From: Dehalococcoidia bacterium
Lineage (GTDB): Bacteria; Chloroflexota; Dehalococcoidia; Plut-88900
DNA length: 64,000 nt
Direction: 5' to 3'
NCBI GenBank assembly: GCA_965197645.1
Contig: OZ240219.1
Location: forward strand, 2,784,001-2,848,000
A program made the position numbers and the translations under genes. The notes beneath the pieces were generated by a model. It saw nothing but the letters and a program-made list of their open reading frames with translations. It was not told the DNA's origin and searched no databases. Below, one piece after another: positions 40,258-50,811 of the stretch (position 1 is the first letter of the stretch; every line of letters begins with the position of its first letter).

Positions 40258-40421
40258 AATAAGGGTGTGCAGAGGGGCTGGGGGACGTGCCCCCAGATCC
40301 AAAACGTCTCGGGGTGGGTGGGAGGGAAGAAGTACCCGGGGTGGGGTATGCGCTTCTGCCGATCCAATTGCCAGACTTGGCTGGATTGCCACTCCCCGAC
40401 TTTGTCGGGGCTCGCAATGAC
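40258..40421. repeat. Composite intergenic repeat cluster (parts of families A, B and D plus a family C palindrome)
   Basis: gggtgtgcagagggg, gggggacgtgccccca, ggggtgggtgggagggaa and gattgccactccccgactttgtcggggctcgcaatgac. Confidence 0.7.
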
Positions 40422-40496
40422 AAAGGTATGAACCCCGGCTGATAGTTGCTGTCGTTGCGAGCGAGGGGAGAGTTCGTCCTGAGGGGGCTGAACCCC

Positions 40497-41507
40497 CTAG
40501 TACAGGTGGCAGGCCACGGCGTGCCCCTTGCCCGTCTCCTTCAACGGCGGTATCACCTCACGGCACACGTCCATGGCATATGGACACCGGGGATGGAACG
40601 TGCACCCCTTCGGCGGGTTCAGCGGGCTCGGCACGTCTCCCGTCAGGATTATCCTCTCCCTCTTCGCCTCCACCACCGGGTCAGGTATCGGCACCGCCGA
40701 TAGCAGCGCCTTCGTGTACGGGTGCTGCGGGTCCTCGTACAGCTTGTCCCGGTCCGTTACCTCCGCCAGCTTACCCAGATACATCACCGCCACTCGGTCC
40801 GATATGTGCCTCACCACCGATAGATCATGCGCTATGAACAGATACGTCAGATTGAACTGCTCCTGCAGCTCCTGCAGCAGATTTATCACCTGCGCCTGGA
40901 TCGATACATCCAACGCCGATACCGGCTCGTCACACACTATGAACGACGGGTTCACCGCCAACGCCCTCGCTATCCCTATCCTCTGCCTCTGTCCTCCACT
41001 GAACTCGTGCGGGTACCGGTCCACCATGTACGGGTTCAACCCCACCACCTGGAACAGCTCCTGCACCCTCTCCTTCCTATCCTTTCGCTCCCCTATCTTG
41101 TGTATCGTCAGCGGTTCCTCCACTATCGCTCCCACCGTCATCCGAGGGTTCAATGAGCTGTACGGGTCCTGGAATATCACCTGCAGCTCTCTCCTCAAAG
41201 GCCTCATCGCCTTCGTCGATAGCCGCGTCAGGTCCTTCCCCTTGAACATCACCTCCCCATCCGTAGGCTTGTACAGCTGCAGTATGCATCTCCCCGTCGT
41301 CGTCTTCCCGCACCCGCTCTCTCCCACCAGTCCCAGCGTCTCTCCCTCCATTATGTCGAAGGTCACCCCATCCACCGCCTTCACCTCTCCAACCTTCGCC
41401 TGGAAGATGATCCCCTTCGTCACCGGAAAATACATCTTCAACCCATTGATGCTCAGCAGCGTATCTCCGCCCCTCGCTCCGTTGCCCTCAGACCCGTTGG
41501 TTGTCAT
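40497..41507 (-). CDS. oppF: Oligopeptide/dipeptide ABC ATPase (OppF/DppF)
   Basis: [22 protein letters not shown] and C-terminal CTFHPRC...C...ACH. Confidence 0.9.
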   Translation of the reverse strand: MTTNGSEGNGARGGDTLLSINGLKMYFPVTKGIIFQAKVGEVKAVDGVTFDIMEGETLGLVGESGCGKTTTGRCILQLYKPTDGEVMFKGKDLTRLSTKAMRPLRRELQVIFQDPYSSLNPRMTVGAIVEEPLTIHKIGERKDRKERVQELFQVVGLNPYMVDRYPHEFSGGQRQRIGIARALAVNPSFIVCDEPVSALDVSIQAQVINLLQELQEQFNLTYLFIAHDLSVVRHISDRVAVMYLGKLAEVTDRDKLYEDPQHPYTKALLSAVPIPDPVVEAKRERIILTGDVPSPLNPPKGCTFHPRCPYAMDVCREVIPPLKETGKGHAVACHLY

Positions 41508-41511
41508 TTCC

Positions 41512-42510
41512 TTAGCTCCCTCTCTCTCCGTTGCCGGCCGTCGTCACGTCCACCAGGCATGCCGCCGTGTGTCCCTCTCCCATCTCCACCAGCTCCGGGT
41601 CCGTCTCCGCACACTCATCCACCGTGAACCGGCACCTAGGCCTGAACGAGCATCCTCCAGGCTTGTGCGCCAGGTCCGGCGGCATCCCCTCTATCGGTAT
41701 CAGCCTCTCCCTCATGCTCTCGTCCAGCCTCGGCACTGACCCCAGCAGCCCCAGCGTGTACGGGTGCCTCGGCGTCCCGTATACGTTCACCGCCGTCGAG
41801 CTCTCCACTATCCGTCCCGCATACATCACGTTCACGTTGTCCGCATACCTCGCCACCACACCCAGATTGTGCGTGATCACCACCACCGCCGTTCCCCTCT
41901 CCTTCGTCAGCCGGCTTATCAGCTCCAACAGCTGCGCCTGTATCGTCACGTCCACCGCCGTCGTAGGCTCGTCCGCCAGCAGTATCTTAGGCTCGCAGCT
42001 CAGTGCTATCGCTATCATCACCCTCTGCCTCATACCCCCGCTCAGCTGGTGCGGAAAGTCGTCCAACCTCCTACCCGCATCCGGTATCCCCACCTCCTCC
42101 AGCAGCTCTCCAGCCCTGGTGTTCGATGCCCTGCTGTCCATCCCCAGGTGAAGCTCCAACGCCTCCGTTATCTGCCTGCCTATCGTCAGCACAGGGTTCA
42201 ATGACGTCATCGGCTCCTGGAACACCATCGCCAGGTCCTTACCCCTCCTCCTCCTGATCTCGTCTGCACTCAGCTTCAGCAGGTCCACCCCCTCCAGCAG
42301 CACCTCTCCTCCCACTATCCTTCCCGGCGGCGATGGGATCAGCCTCATCAGCGATAGCGCACTCACGCTCTTGCCGCACCCGCTCTCCCCCACCAGCCCC
42401 AGTGTCTCTCCCGCTTCCACGCTGTACGTCACCCCGTCCACCGCCTTCACCACCCCGTCTTCCGTGTAGAAGTAGGTCTTCAGGTCCTTTACTTCCAGCA
42501 ATGGCGCCAT
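41512..42510 (-). CDS. oppD: Oligopeptide/dipeptide ABC ATPase (OppD/DppD)
   Basis: [18 protein letters not shown] and LSGGMRQR. Confidence 0.9.
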   Translation of the reverse strand: MAPLLEVKDLKTYFYTEDGVVKAVDGVTYSVEAGETLGLVGESGCGKSVSALSLMRLIPSPPGRIVGGEVLLEGVDLLKLSADEIRRRRGKDLAMVFQEPMTSLNPVLTIGRQITEALELHLGMDSRASNTRAGELLEEVGIPDAGRRLDDFPHQLSGGMRQRVMIAIALSCEPKILLADEPTTAVDVTIQAQLLELISRLTKERGTAVVVITHNLGVVARYADNVNVMYAGRIVESSTAVNVYGTPRHPYTLGLLGSVPRLDESMRERLIPIEGMPPDLAHKPGGCSFRPRCRFTVDECAETDPELVEMGEGHTAACLVDVTTAGNGERGS

Positions 42511-42812
42511 GCTCTACTCCTAACTCAAGAATGGTTTGACTAATTATTCGGAAAGACTCGCATCATTATAAACGTACTAGCAAGCTGCCGGTTGATGTCT
42601 GTCGACATGAGTCTACCGGATCTCCTATTCGCCTGCGGTACCAACGTAGACGATAAGGCGGCGGCGCATGAGCCTCTGCGGACATCATGAAGACCCTAAC
42701 GCTCCACCTCAACGTCTCCATGGAATCGTTTCCAGCGGTAGTCCGGGGACGCCCTGTGCAAAGGGTATAATGAGGGCCAGCCCAACCGGACCGCAATAAG
42801 AGGAGGAATCTC

Positions 42813-44327
42813 ATGCCAGTCAGACATCCCACGCTAGAAGAGCTGGAACGCATCGCCGACGAGTACAACATGACTCCCACCTACGATGATCTGGAGTCCT
42901 TCAGCGGGCTTATGACCGGCGTAATCGACTCCTACGACCGGATCGATCAGCTCACCGAACCCACCCTGCCGGTGAAGTATCCTCGCAGCCCGGGCCACCG
43001 GCCTCAACCGGAGGACAACCCGCTGGGCGCCTGGTACTGGCGCACCGAGATCAAGGGAGCGCCGGAGGGGCTGCTGGCGGGTAAGACCGTGGCGATAAAG
43101 GACAACGTCTGCGTGGCCGGCGTGCCGATGATGAACGGCACCAGCGTCCTCGAAGGCTACGTTCCGGAGATCGATGCCACCATCGTAACCCGCATCCTGG
43201 ACGCCGGGGGCACGATCCTCGGAAAGGCCGTCTGCGAGAGTCTCTGCTTCTCGGGTGGGAGCCACACGTCGGACACGGGCCCGGTGCACAACCCCGTCAA
43301 TCTCGAGCATACTGCTGGCGGCTCCTCCAGTGGGAGCGCCGCCCTCGTCGCTTCCGGGGACGTCGATGTCTCCATCGGAGGCGATCAGGGCGGTTCCATC
43401 CGCATCCCAGCCCACTGCTGCGGCATCTACGGACTCAAACCCACCTACGGCCTGGTACCCTACACGGGCATTTTCCCCATCGAGCTGACCCTGGACCACA
43501 CGGGTCCCATGGCCCGGACCGTACTGGATGTCTCTCTGATGCTAGAGGCCATCGCCGGGCCGGATGGACTCGACCCTCGTCAGGGTGCTGGCCTGCAGGC
43601 GGAGGCCTACAGCCAGGCCCTTACCGGCGACATAGACGGGCTGCGGATCGGCATCGTCGAAGAGGGGTTTGGCTGGCCGGACCTCTCCGAGGAGGATGTG
43701 GACGAAACGGTTACCGAGCAGGCCCATGCCTTCGAGAGGTTGGGAGCCCAGCTAAGCAATATCTCCATTCCCTGGCACAAGGACGGCATCCACCTCTGGA
43801 ACGCCATCGCCCTGGAGGGCGCCACAAAGCTGATGATCGCCGGCAACGGCATGGGCACCAACTGGAAAGGTCACTACATCACCAGCCTGCTGGACGTTTT
43901 CGGCAGAAGCCGTCGCACCAGGGCCGACGACATGTCCGAGACCACCAAGCTGGTCGTGCTCTTGGGCCAGTACATGCAGGACCGATATCACGGCCGCTAC
44001 TACGCCAAAGCCCAGAACCTGGCTCGAAGCCTGACCGCTGCCTACGACGAAGCCCTCAGGGACGTGGACCTGCTGGCTATGCCCACCCTGCCCAAGAAGG
44101 CGACCCGCATACCCCCTCCAGACGCCAGCCGGGAGGAATACACCGCCCGGGCCTTGGAGCAGATCCCCAACACCTGCCCCTTCGATATTTCTGGTCACCC
44201 GGCGATAACCATACCCTGTGGCACTTCCCAAGGTCTGCCCATAGGCCTGATGCTCATCGGCCGGATGGGTGAGGACGCCACCGTGCTCCGCGCCGCTGAC
44301 GCCTACCAGCGCCGGCTGGCTGTTTGA
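42813..44327 (+). CDS. Amidase (amidase-signature family)
   Basis: KDN, GGSSSGS and GGDQGGSIRIPA. Confidence 0.95.
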   Translation: MPVRHPTLEELERIADEYNMTPTYDDLESFSGLMTGVIDSYDRIDQLTEPTLPVKYPRSPGHRPQPEDNPLGAWYWRTEIKGAPEGLLAGKTVAIKDNVCVAGVPMMNGTSVLEGYVPEIDATIVTRILDAGGTILGKAVCESLCFSGGSHTSDTGPVHNPVNLEHTAGGSSSGSAALVASGDVDVSIGGDQGGSIRIPAHCCGIYGLKPTYGLVPYTGIFPIELTLDHTGPMARTVLDVSLMLEAIAGPDGLDPRQGAGLQAEAYSQALTGDIDGLRIGIVEEGFGWPDLSEEDVDETVTEQAHAFERLGAQLSNISIPWHKDGIHLWNAIALEGATKLMIAGNGMGTNWKGHYITSLLDVFGRSRRTRADDMSETTKLVVLLGQYMQDRYHGRYYAKAQNLARSLTAAYDEALRDVDLLAMPTLPKKATRIPPPDASREEYTARALEQIPNTCPFDISGHPAITIPCGTSQGLPIGLMLIGRMGEDATVLRAADAYQRRLAV

Positions 44328-44409
44328 CGAGTCACACCACCGAGACTAGACTGGGCCTATCACCCCTCACACCCCGGCGGCCTGTTATCGAAGTGAAGGA
44401 GCCCGAGCT

Positions 44410-46158
44410 ATGACCACCACAGTCGAAGGCCAGATCAAAGTCGGAATGCTGGAAGAGGTGAAGGCCAGGGGATGCACCGTGGTAACCGGCGCGGGCCGCA
44501 CCATTGCCGTCTTCCACCACCAGGACCGGGTATACGCCGTCGACAATCGATGTCCCCACATGGGATTTCCGCTGGAGCAGGGCACAGTCAAGGATGGCCT
44601 CCTGACCTGCCACTGGCACCACGCCAGGTTCGATCTGGAGAGCGGCGGCACCTTCGATCCCTTTGCCGATGACGTCCGGGCCTTCCCCGTATCCATCGTC
44701 GACGGCCAGGTGTGGGTTAACCCGTCGCCCCCGAACCGAGACGAAATTGAACACTGGACCCATCGTCTACGGGACGGCATGGAGCACGATATCCGGCTCG
44801 TAATCGCCAAGTCCGTGCTTGGCCTCAGCTCAGCCGGGGCCGATCCCGCCGTATCCCTGCAGACGGGCGCCCATTTCGGCACGACCTACTCTTCGACCGG
44901 CTGGACCCCGGCCATGACCATGCTCACCTGTATGGCCAACATACTTCCCCATCTCAACGATGAGGACAAACCCCTGGCCCTCTACCAGGGCCTGTTCAAG
45001 GTCTCCAGGGACACTGCGGGTAGGCCACCCCGGTTCGACATGGAGCCGTTGCCCACCAACGAGACCCGTCCCGAGGCTTTCAAGGCCTGGTTCCGGGAGT
45101 TCATCGACGTGCGGGACGCCGACGGCGCCGAGAGGTGCCTTCGCACCGCCATCGACCTTGGCATCCCCGAGGTAGCCATCGCCGGTATGATCTTCGCCGC
45201 CGCTACAGACCACATCTACATCGATGGTGGCCACACCGTCGACTTCATCAACAAGGCCTTCGAGCTGGTGGACCATATCGGCTGGGACGGCGCCGGACAC
45301 GTCTTGACCAGCCTGGTTATGGGGATGACTTCGGCCCAGCGGAGTGAGGAGCTCAACTCCTGGCGAAACCCCATCAACATCGCCGAAATGACGTGGCAGG
45401 CCCGGGAAGAGCTTCCAACCCTGTACGAACAGGGGAAGAGAAACGGGAACGGCTGGGACGATGAGGAGGGGTTGGCCTGGCAGATGCTGGAGGACGATCC
45501 TGCCAGCACCCTGGAGGATCTGAAGGAGGCCGTCAAAGCGGGCGCCACACCAGAGGCGTTGGGCTCCGCCGTCGCCTATGCCGCCTTCCTGCGAATGGCC
45601 CGCTTCCACACCTCCAACGAGTTCGGCGACTGGGACACCGTTCACAACACTCTGACCGCCGCCAACGCCCTGCACCAGGCCCTCAGGAGAGCGCCCTCCG
45701 TCGAGCTCCTCAGGGCGGTCTTCGATACGGCCATGAGCATCTACCTGGACCGGTTCCTCAACATGCCCGCCCAACGGATACCCCAGCCCAATGGCGCCGG
45801 CGCCGATACGGATGCCCATCTCGGAAGCATCCTGGACTACATGAACGTGCAGCAGCAGGTGGAGGAGGTGGCCGCTCAGGTCTCCTCCTACGTCTCGGAT
45901 GACGGAGACCCGGACCGCCTGCTTGGCGTCATGGCCCACGCGCTGCTCAGAGAGGACCTGGACTTCCACGCCTTCCAGATAGTCGACGCTTGCTTCAGGC
46001 AGTACAACCTGCGTAGAGGCACCGAGTCGGGACGGCACGTCCTCATAGGAATGTCCCGGTTCCTGGCGGCCCACTGTCCCACACCGCGAGAGGTGGGGCA
46101 GACCTACGACATCGCTCTGCGTCTCCAGCGCGGTGAGGAGATCTTCCGGGACAACTGA
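44410..46158 (+). CDS. Rieske [2Fe-2S] domain protein with a large helical C-terminal region
   Basis: CPHMGFPL...CHWHHARF Rieske motif; His-containing helical segments. Confidence 0.8.
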   Translation: MTTTVEGQIKVGMLEEVKARGCTVVTGAGRTIAVFHHQDRVYAVDNRCPHMGFPLEQGTVKDGLLTCHWHHARFDLESGGTFDPFADDVRAFPVSIVDGQVWVNPSPPNRDEIEHWTHRLRDGMEHDIRLVIAKSVLGLSSAGADPAVSLQTGAHFGTTYSSTGWTPAMTMLTCMANILPHLNDEDKPLALYQGLFKVSRDTAGRPPRFDMEPLPTNETRPEAFKAWFREFIDVRDADGAERCLRTAIDLGIPEVAIAGMIFAAATDHIYIDGGHTVDFINKAFELVDHIGWDGAGHVLTSLVMGMTSAQRSEELNSWRNPINIAEMTWQAREELPTLYEQGKRNGNGWDDEEGLAWQMLEDDPASTLEDLKEAVKAGATPEALGSAVAYAAFLRMARFHTSNEFGDWDTVHNTLTAANALHQALRRAPSVELLRAVFDTAMSIYLDRFLNMPAQRIPQPNGAGADTDAHLGSILDYMNVQQQVEEVAAQVSSYVSDDGDPDRLLGVMAHALLREDLDFHAFQIVDACFRQYNLRRGTESGRHVLIGMSRFLAAHCPTPREVGQTYDIALRLQRGEEIFRDN

Positions 46159-46196
46159 CCGCTGCTTGGGTCGAGGCCACACCCGCATACGATGGT

Positions 46197-46510
46197 CAAC
46201 GGTTAGACCGAGCCCGTACCCTCGTCATTGCGAGACCCGACGAAGTCGGGGCGTGGCAATCTGTCAATTCCAGTCGTTGACCCCGCAGCGTTGTATACCC
46301 CACCTGCCTGGATTGCTTCGCTCTCTTCCACTCCCCACAGGACAGACTCACCCACCCTGGCAACTGCGGCAACGGTTAGACCGAGTCCGTACCCTCGTCA
46401 TTGCGAGACCCGACGAAGTCGGGGCGTGGCAATCTGCCAATTCCAGTCGTTGACCCCGCAGCGTTGTATACCTCACCTGCCTGGTTTTGTTCCCTCTCCT
46501 CCTCTTCCCC
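46197..46510. repeat. Tandem duplication (period 173 bp), each unit carrying a family C palindrome
   Basis: caacggttagaccgag... begins at 46197 and 46370; about 140 bp near-identical. Confidence 0.9.
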
Positions 46511-46562
46511 AGCTCTCAGTATTTCACGCCATATGGCGAATGATGAGCGGGGCAAGCTATCC

Positions 46563-46633
46563 TTGACTCGTTGGCGACAATGTGATAAAAATAACACACT
46601 AATTCCGCTATAATCTTACAACCGGGTTATAAT
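46563..46633 (+). promoter_or_regulatory. AT-rich promoter region of the tetrapyrrole operon with a TGTGA-N6-TAACA palindrome
   Basis: TTGACT at 46563, TATAAT at 46609 and 46628, TGTGATAAAAATAACA at 46581-46596. Confidence 0.5.
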
Positions 46634-46668
46634 TTACACAGATAATTGTAGTTTCACCCAGATTTCTG

Positions 46669-47346
46669 ATGCCAAAATACTATCCCGCCTTTCTGAATGT
46701 GGACGGTCAGCCCTGTTTGGTCGTGGGTGGCGGCCCCATCGCTGAGCGCAAGGTCAAGACATTGTTGGACTCGAATGCACGGGTTACCCTCATAAGCCCC
46801 CAGATTACCTCCCGGCTGAAACGGAGGGTGGACAAGGGCCAGATCACCCACCTGGACCGACCCTACGAGCAGGGCGATCACCGGGGACAGTACCTCCTCA
46901 TCGCCGCCACCGACGATATGAAGCTCAATCGTAACATCGGCATCGAGGCCCGGGCCGATGGTGTCCTGGTAAACGTGGTGGATGACCCGGACTACTGCGA
47001 CTTCATCGCTCCTTCCATCGTCCAGCGCGGCGACATCACATTCGCCATCTCCACCGGTGGAGGAAGCCCTGCCCTGTCTCGATGGCTGCGCACTCGGTTA
47101 CAGTCCGAGTATCCCTCGGAGTACGGTAAGCTGGCGGCCCTCCTCGCCCAGGTCAGGGTACAGCTTCGCAAGGAAGGCCGGAGGATAACCGCCGCCCGCT
47201 GGCAGAAATCCATCGATCTGGACCTGGTATCGCTGCTGAAGAAGGGCAGGAAGAAGGAAGCCAGGGAAAGGCTGGTTGCCTCCCTGACCAACAAAAAACC
47301 TTCCTCCCGCCGGCGGACACAGAGTGAAGAGGCCCGGATTGAGTAG
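46669..47346 (+). CDS. Precorrin-2 dehydrogenase/sirohydrochlorin ferrochelatase (SirC/Met8p, CysG N-terminal part)
   Basis: VVGGGPIAERK, NVVDDPDYCDFIAP and ISTGGGSP. Confidence 0.9.
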   Translation: MPKYYPAFLNVDGQPCLVVGGGPIAERKVKTLLDSNARVTLISPQITSRLKRRVDKGQITHLDRPYEQGDHRGQYLLIAATDDMKLNRNIGIEARADGVLVNVVDDPDYCDFIAPSIVQRGDITFAISTGGGSPALSRWLRTRLQSEYPSEYGKLAALLAQVRVQLRKEGRRITAARWQKSIDLDLVSLLKKGRKKEARERLVASLTNKKPSSRRRTQSEEARIE

Positions 47347-48262
47347 ACCCCTGGTCATAGGCACCCGGGGAAGCGCCCTCTCCCTCAAGCAGGTGGACGA
47401 GTTTACGGACCTGTTCAAACGTCGCCATCCCGATCACTCCTTCGAGGTCAAGGTGGTTAGCACCATGGGCGACCGAGACAAATCGGCGCCTATATCACGA
47501 TTCGGTTCGAAGGGTGTCTTCGTAGCGGAGCTGGAAAAGCAGATAGAGCAGGGCGCCATCGACGTAGCCATCCACAGCCTGAAGGATATGCCCAGCGAGG
47601 AGATGCCGGGTTTTCGCATCGCCGCCGTTCTCCCCAGGAGCGACCCCAGGGACGTACTTGTTACCGCCGGCGGCCTTGCTCTCGATCAGCTGCCAGGAGA
47701 AGCCCGGTTGGGCTCGGGCAGCCCCCGCAGGTCGGCGCAGGTCAAAGCCGCCAGGCCCGATCTCCTCGTTCAGGACATCCGCGGTAACATCGACACCCGC
47801 ATCCAGAAGGTGCGTCGCGGCGACTACGATGGCGCCATTCTCGCCGCCGCGGGCCTGATAAGAATGGGCTGGCAGGACCAGATCGCCGACTATCTACCCG
47901 TTGACGTGTGCATGCCTGCGGTCGGCCAGGGCGCCCTCGCCATTGAGATTAGGGAAGACGACCCGGAAACCTGGGACCTCGTCAAACCCCTGGATGACCC
48001 TCCCACCCGCCAGGCCGTGGAAGCCGAAAGATCCCTGTTGAGGAGCATGGGAGGAGGTTGCCTCGCTCCCATCGCTGCCTACGGCGCCAACGAGAATGGC
48101 CGACTGCGCCTCCGAGGTATCGTCGCCGACCCTCATACTCATGAAATTATCAGGGCCGAGGTCACCGACCCTACGGCTTCTCCACAAGACCTGGGTGCAC
48201 AGTTGGCGAAAAAGCTCTTCTCCCTTGGCGCCGCCAGGGTATTGGAGGCGGTGAGCGGATGA
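47324..48262 (+). CDS. hemC: Hydroxymethylbilane synthase
   Basis: GTRGSAL, HSLKD, RGNIDTR and GGGCLAPI; start could be TTG at 47339. Confidence 0.95.
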   Translation: MKRPGLSRPLVIGTRGSALSLKQVDEFTDLFKRRHPDHSFEVKVVSTMGDRDKSAPISRFGSKGVFVAELEKQIEQGAIDVAIHSLKDMPSEEMPGFRIAAVLPRSDPRDVLVTAGGLALDQLPGEARLGSGSPRRSAQVKAARPDLLVQDIRGNIDTRIQKVRRGDYDGAILAAAGLIRMGWQDQIADYLPVDVCMPAVGQGALAIEIREDDPETWDLVKPLDDPPTRQAVEAERSLLRSMGGGCLAPIAAYGANENGRLRLRGIVADPHTHEIIRAEVTDPTASPQDLGAQLAKKLFSLGAARVLEAVSG

Positions 48263-49785
48263 ATGCCCCAGGAAGGGTTTCGCTGGTAGGGGCCGGGCCC
48301 GGCGACCCGGGGCTCATCACCGTCAAAGCCCTGGAGTGCATCCGGCGAGCCGACGTCCTCGTCTACGATCGCCTGGTGAATGAAACTCTCCTCCGTCACG
48401 CCGGGTCCGACTGCGAGCTGGTGTACGTCGGCAAACAACCGGACAACCACGTAATGAGTCAATCCGAGATAAACGGCTTGCTCGCGGCGAGGGCCAAGAC
48501 CGGCAAATACGTGGTGCGACTCAAAGGCGGCGACCCCTTCATATTCGGGCGAGGAGGCGAGGAGGCGGAGGCGCTGGTCTCTGAAAGCATACCCTTTGAC
48601 GTTGTCCCCGGCGTCTCCTCCGTATCGGCGGCTCCCGCCTACGCCGGCATCCCCTTGACCCACCGAGATATGTCATCGTCCCTGGCCATAGTCACCGGCC
48701 ACGAGGACCCGTCCAAACCCAGCTCGGCCGTGGACTGGGCGAAGCTGGCCACAGCCACCGATACCCTCATCATACTAATGGGAGTAGCCAACCTGCCGGA
48801 TATAGCCCAACTGCTGATGGAGCACGGCCGCTCACATGACACCCCCGTAGCACTGGTCCGATGGGGCACCACGTCCAACCAGGAGACCCTGGAGGGTACG
48901 CTATCGGACATCGCACGGAGAGTGGCGGAGACCGGCTTCTCGGCGCCGGCCGTCATCATTGTCGGCGACGTAGTCCGGCTGCGGGACAGGCTCAACTGGT
49001 TCGATGCTAGGCCCCTGCTGGGCAAGCGGGTGCTGGTCACCCGCAGCCGAAAGCAGGCCAGCGCCATCTCGGCCCTCCTGGCCGACAAAGGCGCCCAGGT
49101 CATCGAGCTGCCCGCCCTTGAGGTCCGGCAGGACCAGGACAACAGGAATGCCATCGATGCCGCCATCGACAGACTCGCCGGCTACAACTGGGCGGTGTTC
49201 ACCAGCGTAAACGGTGTCGAGTGTTTCTTGGATGCGCTGGACTCCAGGGGCCTGAACGGTAGCTCTCTGGGCCACCTCAAGCTGGCGGCCATCGGGCCTG
49301 CCACCGCCGCAGCCCTCGAATCGAGGGGCCTCAGGGTTGACCTGGTGCCGGACGAGTACGTCGCGGAAACCCTCGTCGAGCATTTCAAGGACGAGAATAT
49401 CGAGGGCCAGAGGTTCTTGCTGCCCAGGGCGGTGGGGGCACGGGCTGTACTCGTCAAAGGGCTTACGGCCCTGGGCGCCGTCGTAGATGAAGTCCCAGCC
49501 TACCGCGCCGAGCTTCCCTCGCAGGCCGCCATCGACGCCCGATATACCCTGATAAACGAAGGAGTGGATATCGCCACCTTCGCCAGTTCGTCCACCGTCA
49601 GGAACCTGGTCCACATCCTGAACGGCACACTGGATTCTCTCAAAAACTCCTGCATAGCCTGTATCGGCCCCGTGACGGCGGACACGGCCAAGGAGCTGGG
49701 CCTGAGAGTAGACGTAGTAGCATCGGAGCACACCATCCCCGGTTTGGTCGGCGCCATAGTAGACCACGTAAGGAGCGCGACATGA
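48259..49785 (+). CDS. cobA: Uroporphyrinogen-III C-methyltransferase / uroporphyrinogen-III synthase fusion (CobA-HemD)
   Basis: GAGPGDPGL and RLKGGDP, then VLVTR, FTSVNGV and FASSSTV. Confidence 0.95.
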   Translation: MNAPGRVSLVGAGPGDPGLITVKALECIRRADVLVYDRLVNETLLRHAGSDCELVYVGKQPDNHVMSQSEINGLLAARAKTGKYVVRLKGGDPFIFGRGGEEAEALVSESIPFDVVPGVSSVSAAPAYAGIPLTHRDMSSSLAIVTGHEDPSKPSSAVDWAKLATATDTLIILMGVANLPDIAQLLMEHGRSHDTPVALVRWGTTSNQETLEGTLSDIARRVAETGFSAPAVIIVGDVVRLRDRLNWFDARPLLGKRVLVTRSRKQASAISALLADKGAQVIELPALEVRQDQDNRNAIDAAIDRLAGYNWAVFTSVNGVECFLDALDSRGLNGSSLGHLKLAAIGPATAAALESRGLRVDLVPDEYVAETLVEHFKDENIEGQRFLLPRAVGARAVLVKGLTALGAVVDEVPAYRAELPSQAAIDARYTLINEGVDIATFASSSTVRNLVHILNGTLDSLKNSCIACIGPVTADTAKELGLRVDVVASEHTIPGLVGAIVDHVRSAT

Positions 49786-50810
49786 AGTCCAGCGTAGAGA
49801 GGTTGATCTCCGGCCAGGGCACCGGATTCCCCATCCAGCGTCTGAGGCGTCTAAGGCGCAGCAGAACACTGCGCGGCATGGTCGAAGAGACGACGCTCAA
49901 CGCCCGTGACTTCGTCTATCCCATCTTCGTCACCGAGGACTACGGCCACCGGCGGGAGATCCCCTCCATGCCCGGACAGTACCAGCTCTCCCTGGACAAA
50001 GTGGCCGCCGAGGTCGAAGAGGTGGCCGCACTGGGAGTTCCGGCCGTCCTGTTGTTCGGTCTGCCTGCCGTCAAGGACGGCGCCGGCGCCGAAGCCTACA
50101 ACCCTCGAGGAGTGATCCAGCAGGCGGTCACCAACATCAAGCAGGCCGTCCCCGATATAGTCGTCATCACCGATGTCTGTCTATGCGAGTACACCGATCA
50201 CGGCCACTGCGGAGTCCTAGATGGAGACTACGTCGACAACGACGCCACCCTGGAGCTGCTGGCTAGGGCCGCCCTGACCCACGCCGAAGCCGGCGCCGAT
50301 ATCGTCGCCCCATCCAACATGATGGACGGCACTGTGGGCGCCATCCGCACCCTCCTCGACGAGAATGGTCTCGACCTGGTGCCCATCATGGGCTACTCCG
50401 CCAAGTACGCCTCGGGCTTCTACGGCCCCTTCAGGGACGCCGCCGGCTCCACCCCGTCCTTCGGAGACCGAAGGGCCTACCAGATGGACCCGCCCAACGT
50501 TCGGGAAGCCCTTATGGAGATAGAGTTGGACATCCGGGAGGGAGCCGATATAATTATGGTCAAACCCGCCCTGGCCTATCTGGATGTCATATCCAAGGCC
50601 AGGGAAGCCTACAACCAGCCGCTAGCGGCCTACAACGTCAGTGGGGAGTACGCCATGGTCAAAGCCGCGGCCCGCAACGGGTGGCTCGACGAGCGGAAGA
50701 TAGTTACGGAGATACTCACCGGAATCAAGCGAGCCGGAGCCGACTTCATCCTCAGCTACCACTCCAAAGAGGTCGCCTCCTGGCTGAGGGAAGAGAGTCT
50801 GGCCAGATAG
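49782..50810 (+). CDS. hemB: Porphobilinogen synthase
   Basis: DVCLCEYTDHGHCG, MVKP and YNVSGEYAM. Confidence 0.95.
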   Translation: MKSSVERLISGQGTGFPIQRLRRLRRSRTLRGMVEETTLNARDFVYPIFVTEDYGHRREIPSMPGQYQLSLDKVAAEVEEVAALGVPAVLLFGLPAVKDGAGAEAYNPRGVIQQAVTNIKQAVPDIVVITDVCLCEYTDHGHCGVLDGDYVDNDATLELLARAALTHAEAGADIVAPSNMMDGTVGAIRTLLDENGLDLVPIMGYSAKYASGFYGPFRDAAGSTPSFGDRRAYQMDPPNVREALMEIELDIREGADIIMVKPALAYLDVISKAREAYNQPLAAYNVSGEYAMVKAAARNGWLDERKIVTEILTGIKRAGADFILSYHSKEVASWLREESLAR

Positions 50811-50811
50811 C

